Shown: positions 1-7,010 of the stretch, in pieces
Layout: the number at the start of each line of letters is the position of its first letter
How positions within the stretch are numbered: the stretch's first letter is position 1
From: an uncultured Methanosarcinales archaeon
GTDB lineage: Archaea > Nanobdellota > Nanobdellia > Woesearchaeales > 21-14-0-10-32-9
Reading direction: 5' to 3'
Length of the DNA stretch: 51,045 bases
Assembly: GCA_964548665.1 (NCBI GenBank)
Contig: CAZJQL010000005.1
Span: 1-51,045 of the forward strand
Notes under the pieces: generated by a model
What the model saw: only the letters and a program-made list of their open reading frames with translations
Told to the model about the DNA's origin: nothing
Databases searched by the model: none
Program-made: the position numbers and the translations under genes

Positions 1-396
1 GCGTAAATCGATTGTGACATTGCCGTCTTTTGAATTCATTTTTGATTCTTTTTTGTACACGCAAACATTTTCCCCTCTGTATTCTTTAACACTAAATCCT
101 GTAAAATTTTTTTGTTCGATTATTTGATTACATTGATCTACAGTAAATCCTGAAAGACAGTATTCATAACCGGAAATGGGTATTTTTTTATTTTTTTGAT
201 TTGGAGGCGATCCGCAAGGGCAAGGATCTAGAGAGTTTACAAAATCATCTCCGTCCGAGTCTATTGTTACAGATTCGCCTGTTTCAGTTATGGTATCGAT
301 TGGAGTTTTTCCTAGAACTAAGAAATATAAAACTAAAATTATTGTTACTATTACAAGCGTCATTATAAACCAATTCATTTCTGCTTTTTTATTCAT
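1..396 (-). CDS. Class III signal peptide (prepilin-like) protein, 3' end outside the window
   Basis: Not in the ORF track. Translated by hand: MNKKA/EMNWFIMTLVIVTIILVLYFLVLG..., with a TSP3-like DSDGDDFVNSLDPCP motif. AGGTGA RBS at 401-406. Frame stays open to position 1. Confidence 0.8.
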   Translation of the reverse strand, partial: MNKKAEMNWFIMTLVIVTIILVLYFLVLGKTPIDTITETGESVTIDSDGDDFVNSLDPCPCGSPPNQKNKKIPISGYEYCLSGFTVDQCNQIIEQKNFTGFSVKEYRGENVCVYKKESKMNSKDGNVTIDLR

Positions 397-426
397 TTTA
401 TCACCTTAATTGTTTAACACATTATT

Positions 427-1335
427 TTATTGTAAATCTGCTCTTGTAAATCCTTCGCAAATTGCGGGGCTTAATCTGCCGTTTAATAAACTAGGTATTG
501 AATCTGTTTCATCTTCATCAAGACATCCTTCCGAAAGCACGTTATCTTTGACTTTACATGATGAGTCATCACTCGTAGGAATTAGACACAAAGAGGGTTG
601 TTCATTGGGAAGTGCGTAATACTTTAATATATAATAATTAAATCTGTCATCTCCTACTTTAAAATCCAGCTTCATGGATGTTTCTGACTGCGGACCGTAA
701 TAAAAGTATATTTTGTCTTTTTCATAAATCCTAATACCATTGACTGAGTAGTTAAATCTGAACAAAGGATGAAATTCTATCCATGTTTTTGGAGCTGTTT
801 GACCTTGTTCATTGGTATATGTTTTTTCAGATATAACTTTTTGGTAAAAATTTGTTGCACCGGATGAATAAATTACACAAGGAGTGTAATTCGTGATCAT
901 GAATTTATCTAGTACAGGCACCCATAATTCTGATGCTTGTTGATCTCCATCTGCATTTGATTTGAATTCGAATAATTGTAATGACATTCCGTTTGATTCT
1001 TTTGTTATTCTTATAGAAAATTTGTTGTTAAGAAATTCTTCTGAAGGTTTTGGAAAAGAGCCGAAACAACTTTCAGTTAGGCCTATTTCGTCTTGAGAAA
1101 TTAGTTCAAATTGTTTTACTACATCTTTAAAGTAATCCATGGCTTGTGCTCTGTTTGAATTTATGTTTATCTCCCACGGATATGGGTCTCTTTCTGGCGG
1201 AGAGAAGGTATTTATTACTGAATCCCACATGTCTTCATATATTTCTGGTTTTAAGAAAGCAGAGTATATTAGAAATAGTATAGCTACAGCTATTATTACA
1301 TTAACTATGGTCATATGCATGGCTTTCTTGTTCAT
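427..1335 (-). CDS. Class III signal peptide (prepilin-like) protein, 302 aa
   Basis: MNKKA followed by a hydrophobic helix; Cys-containing extracellular domain. Confidence 0.7.
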   Translation of the reverse strand: MNKKAMHMTIVNVIIAVAILFLIYSAFLKPEIYEDMWDSVINTFSPPERDPYPWEININSNRAQAMDYFKDVVKQFELISQDEIGLTESCFGSFPKPSEEFLNNKFSIRITKESNGMSLQLFEFKSNADGDQQASELWVPVLDKFMITNYTPCVIYSSGATNFYQKVISEKTYTNEQGQTAPKTWIEFHPLFRFNYSVNGIRIYEKDKIYFYYGPQSETSMKLDFKVGDDRFNYYILKYYALPNEQPSLCLIPTSDDSSCKVKDNVLSEGCLDEDETDSIPSLLNGRLSPAICEGFTRADLQ

Positions 1336-1458
1336 TTAAAATAATCCTCCTAAAGCTCCGAACATTTCTTTTATAACATTAGGATACATAAATCCGAAAA
1401 GTATTGCTAAAACCAGTACCACAATTATTATCCAAACTAAAATCATGTATTCATTCAT
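1336..1458 (-). CDS. Small single-TM membrane peptide, 40 aa
   Basis: Not in the ORF track. MNEYMILVWIIIVVLVLAILFGFMYPNVIKEMFGALGGLF; its stop abuts the next ATG; AGGT upstream. Confidence 0.65.
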   Translation of the reverse strand: MNEYMILVWIIIVVLVLAILFGFMYPNVIKEMFGALGGLF

Positions 1459-1490
1459 TTTATCATACCTTTAATCTTTGTATTTATTTT

Positions 1491-2933
1491 TTAATTTATT
1501 TTACAATGTGAGGATACTTCTGTTGCTCTAGTAATAACCAAGTAATTAGGTCTAGCAGTTTCTATGTTTCCTAGTAATGCATCCAATCCCGTTCTGAGCA
1601 CTCCTGTCTGAGTAATTGCTACGCCTCCGGCCCCTCCTATTATTGCTCCGAATGTTCCTCCGGTTTTAACCGATATAAATGTAACAATTGCTCCTGCGAT
1701 GGCAGTGACTGCTGCCTCTCCAGGGTGGTCTAAAATTCCATCCAGCCAGCTGGTTTCACTTGAAGTACTCATATACGCTACAACATAAGTTTTTTCTGGA
1801 ATTATATGATCTATTACTGAAAAAGTTGTTCCTCTATTTGAAATATATGCATAATATGATGTGCTATCTATTCCTAAGCTTGAAAGGTAATCGTAGTGCG
1901 CATTTATCTTATTTTCCATCTTTGTGAGCAAATCAATAATTCTTTGATTTAAGTCTTGATTGTTTTGAATAGATCCTGTGAATGATTGTTCTAAATAACT
2001 GCTTATGTCAAATTCGGATATGTACTTATCTAAATCTATACCGACGTGTACTCTTACTTTACTATTTTTAAGATCTACTAGAACAAGTACAGCATCATAT
2101 TTTTCTTGGTCCGTGTTTAACCCTATTCTATCTACAAGTCTTCTTGCTCTGGATTTGTCTATTGAATCAAATTCATCTGCTACTAGAACTAAAAGGCTTC
2201 CTCTTTTGTTTTGAAGAAGTTTGTTTCCTATTTCTTTTACTTGAGTTCTTGTTTCTTGAGATATTATTCCACTAAAGTCTTCTAAGTAATCTCCAGAGAT
2301 GTAATTTACCTGGCTTAGTTTTATTTTTGAGTCTTCTGGCAGAATTAAACTGTGATCAAATTCATATATGTCTCCTATGTAGTTTATTGTTCCTCCGCCT
2401 GCCAATAATTTAGCGTTGTATTTTTCTTCTATCATGAAGTTATACATTTCCTGGGATGAAATGTAGTTGTTTTTTCTTTCTGGTTCTGTAAAGAAGCCGT
2501 TTTTTGTTATGCCTAAGTCTAGAGGTTCTTGGATTGAGAAGAAGTAACAAACACCGCATGTTTTTTCGCCTAATTCATCTTTGAATATGTCTGATACGCT
2601 TCCTTGTAAGTACATCCACCAGCATTTGGCAGACATATCTGCTATTTGCCTTTTTATTTGTTCGCGATCACCTTGCAAGACTCCTTTGTCTATTGCGTTG
2701 CATACTAAAGGCGTGAGTTTTTTAGCTTCAGTTATTCCTAAGTCTATGTTGACTTTGCTTCTTAGTATGACGCTGTCTCTACACACATTTTCTCCTGCGG
2801 AGTCTGATCCTGAATTTATTATAAAGTAAACTGCTGCTAGTATTATTAAGAAGCCTGCTATCCATAGTATCATTTCTACTGGAACTTCAAAAGCGGATGC
2901 GGATTGTCCTTTTTTTCCTAGTTTTGACTTCAT
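1491..2933 (-). CDS. Prepilin-like protein with internal TPM (DUF477-like) domain and Gly/Ala-rich hydrophobic segment, 480 aa
   Basis: KKG/Q leader plus TM. The segment EDFSGIISQE...LLVLV...IG....DAVLVLVDLKNSKVRVHVGIDL fits the TPM pattern. GGTFGAIIGGAGG near the C-terminus. Confidence 0.65.
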   Translation of the reverse strand: MKSKLGKKGQSASAFEVPVEMILWIAGFLIILAAVYFIINSGSDSAGENVCRDSVILRSKVNIDLGITEAKKLTPLVCNAIDKGVLQGDREQIKRQIADMSAKCWWMYLQGSVSDIFKDELGEKTCGVCYFFSIQEPLDLGITKNGFFTEPERKNNYISSQEMYNFMIEEKYNAKLLAGGGTINYIGDIYEFDHSLILPEDSKIKLSQVNYISGDYLEDFSGIISQETRTQVKEIGNKLLQNKRGSLLVLVADEFDSIDKSRARRLVDRIGLNTDQEKYDAVLVLVDLKNSKVRVHVGIDLDKYISEFDISSYLEQSFTGSIQNNQDLNQRIIDLLTKMENKINAHYDYLSSLGIDSTSYYAYISNRGTTFSVIDHIIPEKTYVVAYMSTSSETSWLDGILDHPGEAAVTAIAGAIVTFISVKTGGTFGAIIGGAGGVAITQTGVLRTGLDALLGNIETARPNYLVITRATEVSSHCKIN

Positions 2934-2934
2934 T

Positions 2935-3033
2935 TTATGTGCTTCCTATTATTTTTAGAGTCAGCATTATTAGCACTCCTATTATTATGATTGAAACGAT
3001 GAGTCCTAGTAATAATTTTAGGGAAAGGTTCAT
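2935..3033 (-). CDS. Small single-TM membrane peptide, 32 aa
   Basis: Not in the ORF track. MNLSLKLLLGLIVSIIIIGVLIMLTLKIIGST; stop is 1 nt before the next ATG; TATA box upstream. Confidence 0.6.
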   Translation of the reverse strand: MNLSLKLLLGLIVSIIIIGVLIMLTLKIIGST

Positions 3034-3078
3034 TTGATTTGTTCTCTTTTAAAATAATAGAATACCTGGCCTGTTTAG

Positions 3079-3086
3079 TATATAAA
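3079..3086 (-). promoter_or_regulatory. Putative archaeal TATA box (TTTATATA)
   Basis: Minus strand reads AAAACTTTTATATA, in the intergenic gap upstream of 2935..3033. Confidence 0.5.
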
Positions 3087-3099
3087 AGTTTTGCAATAT

Positions 3100-3843
3100 T
3101 TAAGAAGGAACAACCTTGAATAATATGTTTGCTGATGCTACTTGATGATTCGTGGAGTTTTTTACAACTATTAATAAATTATACTTATTATTTGATGTTT
3201 GTATTATTGGGTTAAGATTAACAGACACAGGACTACTAAAACTTGTTTCACAAGGACCATTATAATCAACAATCATTCCTGGAACAGTTGTTTTTTGAGA
3301 GGTGGTTTGATCCAGCATTTTGATTTGGCAATTTAAATTTAGTTGGCCTTCTGCCCAAATTTTGTATATGTAACTTGTACCATTAGTTAAATCATAACTT
3401 GTTCCCGCATATATTTTGGTGCCACTATCCTCTCCTTTTCTTACTTCTATTACTGCGGGCCAAGTAGGGGTTGTAGTGCTGCCTGTAGTTCCTGTTGTTT
3501 GCTGACTATTACCTGTGCCTGTTGTAGCAGTTCCTTGATTTTGATTATTTAGATTGCTTTCTGGCAGTACTTGGCTGTTTTCTGAGTCGTTTTTAGATAA
3601 AAGATTTTCAAGACTTACACAGCATACTCCGTCTTTTTTTTCGCCTGCAGAATAACAAGTTTTGCTAAATAATTTTTCTCCAGAATCACATGTTTGTTTA
3701 CATGTTCCTTTACAGTCAGATGCTTGTAGATTGAAAAGGTCTGAGCCTTTAATGACTCCTGTGAATAGAATAATAAAGACAGCTATTCCCAATGCAATCC
3801 AAATTATGATCATTATTAAACTTGATGCTGCTTTTTTTTCCAT
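3100..3843 (-). CDS. Prepilin-like protein with six-Cys defensin-like module, Thr/Gly linker and beta-rich C-terminal domain, 247 aa
   Basis: MEKKA plus TM; C-x3-C-x3-C-x10-C-x10-CC; TATTGTGNSQQTTGTTGSTTT linker. Confidence 0.7.
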   Translation of the reverse strand: MEKKAASSLIMIIIWIALGIAVFIILFTGVIKGSDLFNLQASDCKGTCKQTCDSGEKLFSKTCYSAGEKKDGVCCVSLENLLSKNDSENSQVLPESNLNNQNQGTATTGTGNSQQTTGTTGSTTTPTWPAVIEVRKGEDSGTKIYAGTSYDLTNGTSYIYKIWAEGQLNLNCQIKMLDQTTSQKTTVPGMIVDYNGPCETSFSSPVSVNLNPIIQTSNNKYNLLIVVKNSTNHQVASANILFKVVPS

Positions 3844-3852
3844 TTGATTTCC

Positions 3853-4092
3853 TCAGGAAACAAGTTTGCAACAAACATTTGTTGAATATGAACTTTGTTG
3901 AGGGCAGATAGCATCTATAACATCTGCAGGATTACAAACATCTGTGCATCTTCCTCCTTTTTGGACGCAATCTAAGCCATTATCCAGATTTCTTGATCCT
4001 TTTCCTAATAAAACTACGAGGATTATTAAAATCAATAATGCTAAAGCTACAACGATGAGGATGTTTACGCTGAGTTCGCCTTTTCTTGCCAT
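3853..4092 (-). CDS. Small pilin-like protein with beta-defensin-like C-terminus, 79 aa
   Basis: Start reassigned to MARKG/ELSVNILIV (ATG at 4092), which removes the overlap with the upstream paralogue; C-x6-C-x3-C-x9-C-x10-CC. Confidence 0.8.
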   Translation of the reverse strand: MARKGELSVNILIVVALALLILIILVVLLGKGSRNLDNGLDCVQKGGRCTDVCNPADVIDAICPQQSSYSTNVCCKLVS

Positions 4093-4100
4093 TTTAATCT

Positions 4101-4361
4101 TTATTGTCTTATGCAACAAACACTTCCTGGTGCTGAACATTGGGCTGTTGAGTGTCTTACATAAAATGTTCCTGCATAAGGATCATCTAATTCTGAACAG
4201 CCTAGTTCTTGAGGTTGACATATTCCTTGTATGCCTTCACAAGATGTTCCTACTCTGAGTTCATTTCCTGTTCTGAATAGCAAAACAGCTAATATTACTA
4301 GTATTATTAATGCAATTGCTGCAACAATTATTATATTAACGCTTAATTCACCTTTTTTCAT
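4101..4361 (-). CDS. Small pilin-like protein with beta-defensin-like C-terminus, 86 aa
   Basis: MKKG/ELSVNIIIV; C-x6-C-x6-C-x19-C-x6-CC; GAGGTG RBS at 4370-4375; tandem paralogue of 3853..4092. Confidence 0.8.
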   Translation of the reverse strand: MKKGELSVNIIIVAAIALIILVILAVLLFRTGNELRVGTSCEGIQGICQPQELGCSELDDPYAGTFYVRHSTAQCSAPGSVCCIRQ

Positions 4362-4396
4362 AGGTTTTACACCTCTTGAGAGTTATCTACAGAATA

Positions 4397-4425
4397 TTTT
4401 ATAAAAGTTCTATTTAAATCTTTCT
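4397..4425 (-). promoter_or_regulatory. Putative BRE/TATA promoter of the small pilin genes
   Basis: Minus strand AGAAAGATTTAAATA (TATA 4411-4418), plus a second TTTTATAAAA at 4397-4406. Confidence 0.55.
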
Positions 4426-4436
4426 AAGAAAACAAG

Positions 4437-4949
4437 TTATCTGCAAACCATAAGCATTAGTTTCATTGAGCTGAATGTTGTTCCGAATGGAGTTATGTCT
4501 GTGGTTAGTTTATTTGTTTTTGAAGGATCGCATCCTTTGGTGAAATTCGTTGTGGCTTTAGAGTCACTGGAAACAGTTAAAGTGTAATTATAGTCCCATA
4601 AATCCAGTGTTTCGCTCAGTATTCGTTCTATTGTGTTATTTGCTTGTTGGCAGGAGTTTTGTCCTGAGCAGATTACTTCTTGAGTGAATGCACAATCACT
4701 CAACAGCTCTCTGACGGATCTGGAGCAGCTGGTTGTGGTTTCTAGAATTGCTGTTCCGAAGTTCCCAGTAGTTTGTGCATCTTTGAAATCTTGTTTGAGT
4801 GGTGCTTGATTATTTGAGCTATTTAGTCTGAATGATAGTGAGAAGAATATAACTAGACTTACGAGTATTACTATTACTAGTAGACCGACAATTTCTATTT
4901 GGGCTTTTTTTGATGATTTTTTAATAAAATTATTGTTGTTAATTTTCAT
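4437..4949 (-). CDS. Class III signal peptide protein, 170 aa
   Basis: KKA/QIEIVGLLVIVIL; Cys-containing globular domain. Confidence 0.75.
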   Translation of the reverse strand: MKINNNNFIKKSSKKAQIEIVGLLVIVILVSLVIFFSLSFRLNSSNNQAPLKQDFKDAQTTGNFGTAILETTTSCSRSVRELLSDCAFTQEVICSGQNSCQQANNTIERILSETLDLWDYNYTLTVSSDSKATTNFTKGCDPSKTNKLTTDITPFGTTFSSMKLMLMVCR

Positions 4950-4950
4950 T

Positions 4951-5445
4951 TTAGTTGTATGTTCTTACCTCTAGTATTGAAAAATAATTTTTTTCCAGAA
5001 CGGGATCTGAAACTATTATTGGGAAGTATGTTGGAGATGATGATTTTTCAGCAGAATTATTAAAGTCGTAAATAACAATTTTTTCTGTGTGTGTTTCATT
5101 TACTATTATTTTTACTTCTATTTTTGAATTTCTGAATGTGTTGAAGTAATATTCTTTGGCAGACAATGTGTTCTGGTCCAGAATTTCGCTGAACGCTTTA
5201 ATCCTGTATATATCTAGACATGTGCTGACTTTAGCAGAATATACTGAGCATTTTAACTCATCCATTCCTGAAGCCAGAACTGCTATTTTCATTCCGTCAA
5301 CTTCTTTTTGTTTTTCTTTTTCTATTTGGGATTCTTGAGTTTTTGTGTTTGCAAAATAAACTATTCCTAATACTATGAGAATTATTAATATTATAACTAC
5401 AGTTACTGTTTCTCCGCTTTGTATTTGAGCTTTTTTATTTTTCAT
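4951..5445 (-). CDS. Class III signal peptide protein, 164 aa
   Basis: MKNKKA/QIQSGETVTVVIIL. Confidence 0.75.
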   Translation of the reverse strand: MKNKKAQIQSGETVTVVIILIILIVLGIVYFANTKTQESQIEKEKQKEVDGMKIAVLASGMDELKCSVYSAKVSTCLDIYRIKAFSEILDQNTLSAKEYYFNTFRNSKIEVKIIVNETHTEKIVIYDFNNSAEKSSSPTYFPIIVSDPVLEKNYFSILEVRTYN

Positions 5446-5458
5446 TTTAATCTATTAA

Positions 5459-6505
5459 TTAGTAGAGCAGCGTGCAATCGCTTCTCAATATTAGTTCATT
5501 TATTCTCTTTATGTCTTTGGTTGCTTCATAAAAATTTAAGTAGTTTTTTGATGAATCTGATGATTCAAAGTTTGATTTTTCTGATGACGAAGATATATTG
5601 TTTAAGTATTGTCTTGTGACTTCTCCGTAAAAATTTGTACATCTTGTTCCATAATCAGCATATGTTTCCCATAATTTTCCTATCCTGTCTAAATTCATAT
5701 TTGTAACTATTTGTGTTTTTTTTAGCACTTTGTTTAGACCACAGTCATATAATTCAGGATTTCCTGTTATTATTCCTGCAAATAGCAGTTCTTGGTTAAC
5801 ATATTTTTTTTCTATTAAAGTATTTGAATTTCCTGATTTGAATTTTAGCGTTCCAAGAGAATATATGTTTTCACCAGACTCTTTTTCTATTATGAGTATT
5901 TTTTGTTTATTTGCTGGAATATTATTATTGCTTGGATTTTCCTCTGTTATAATTATATATTGTCTGAACCCGTCATCTTTAATACTTGCAAATTCACTAG
6001 AAGTTACATTTATTTTTGAGAATTTATCTGGAAAGTCTTCGTAGATTGTTTTCATATCTTGAGAATCTACTACAAAGATATATCTGTTTTTTTCATCGGA
6101 TAAATATAGAACTGGTCCTGTAGGATAGGGTGCTTGAAAGGATTTAGTCCAGCTAATCAACTTTGATCTTCCTAGAGTTTCAGGAGCAAATATAGGGTTG
6201 CTTTCTAAATAATTTTTTGTGGATCCATCTTTAACAGAGTAATAGTGACCTTCTTCTGTGCAGAAAAAATTCATTTCGTAGCTAGGAGCATCGTGAACTT
6301 GTATAGCATTCGGATTTTGTTGTATTACTGAGAACAAAGCGTCGAGTCTTGAACTTGCTTTTTGTGCTATTTGAACTTGAGAAGAGTCTTTTTCTCTATT
6401 TATTGCTGTTATAAAAAAAAGAAGTATTATTGCTCCAGCTATAAGTATGAATATCCAATTGAAAGTTACTTGAATTTGAGCCTTACGTTGCAGAGGGATT
6501 GCCAT
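5459..6505 (-). CDS. Class III signal peptide protein, about 348 aa
   Basis: RKA/QIQVTFNWIFILIAGAIIL; start moved to ATG 6505 (GGTGG RBS at 6511-6515); the ORF track gives 6517. Confidence 0.75.
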   Translation of the reverse strand: MAIPLQRKAQIQVTFNWIFILIAGAIILLFFITAINREKDSSQVQIAQKASSRLDALFSVIQQNPNAIQVHDAPSYEMNFFCTEEGHYYSVKDGSTKNYLESNPIFAPETLGRSKLISWTKSFQAPYPTGPVLYLSDEKNRYIFVVDSQDMKTIYEDFPDKFSKINVTSSEFASIKDDGFRQYIIITEENPSNNNIPANKQKILIIEKESGENIYSLGTLKFKSGNSNTLIEKKYVNQELLFAGIITGNPELYDCGLNKVLKKTQIVTNMNLDRIGKLWETYADYGTRCTNFYGEVTRQYLNNISSSSEKSNFESSDSSKNYLNFYEATKDIKRINELILRSDCTLLY

Positions 6506-7004
6506 TATTTCCACCATTATTACTATCAGAAGAAGGTCTGCTTATTTGGACAATTCCTTTTCCTATACCTTCAAGAACTAAATAAAATTTTCCGGCAGTA
6601 TTGTTAACGCAAAAAAACTCTTCTTTTATTTCTAAATTATCTCTGTTTATGAATGGTTCGACATTGGCTCCTTTTATTAAGAATATATTGTCTGTGGATC
6701 CAGCTTCATATGCTTGTTTTATTAGAGGATTTGTTATTTTTGCTGTGTTACTTATTGTTTTATTTACAAAACATATCGCGTCTGCTCCGCAAGGAACACT
6801 TACAGGAGTTCTATATAAATCACCATATCCAGAATTTCTTTCTAGTAATTGATTAAAGTCGTTTTTGAATGTTGCTTCTTCAACACTGCAAGATTTGTTC
6901 ATTATATCGTTTATGGATTTGTATCCTAGAAGAAGCACTGCTCCGACTATCAAAACGACCATTATATATATAAATACTTGTTGTGTTTGTGCTTTTCTTT
7001 GCAT
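6483..7004 (-). CDS. Class III signal peptide protein, 173 aa
   Basis: MQRKA/QTQQVFIYIMVVLIVGAVLLLG. Confidence 0.75.
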   Translation of the reverse strand: MQRKAQTQQVFIYIMVVLIVGAVLLLGYKSINDIMNKSCSVEEATFKNDFNQLLERNSGYGDLYRTPVSVPCGADAICFVNKTISNTAKITNPLIKQAYEAGSTDNIFLIKGANVEPFINRDNLEIKEEFFCVNNTAGKFYLVLEGIGKGIVQISRPSSDSNNGGNNGNPSAT

Positions 7005-7010
7005 GTTTAC

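Noticed and set aside
4093-4140. N-terminal extension of the 95-aa ORF
   Set aside because: Overlaps the upstream paralogue; the class III leader begins at MARKG (4092)
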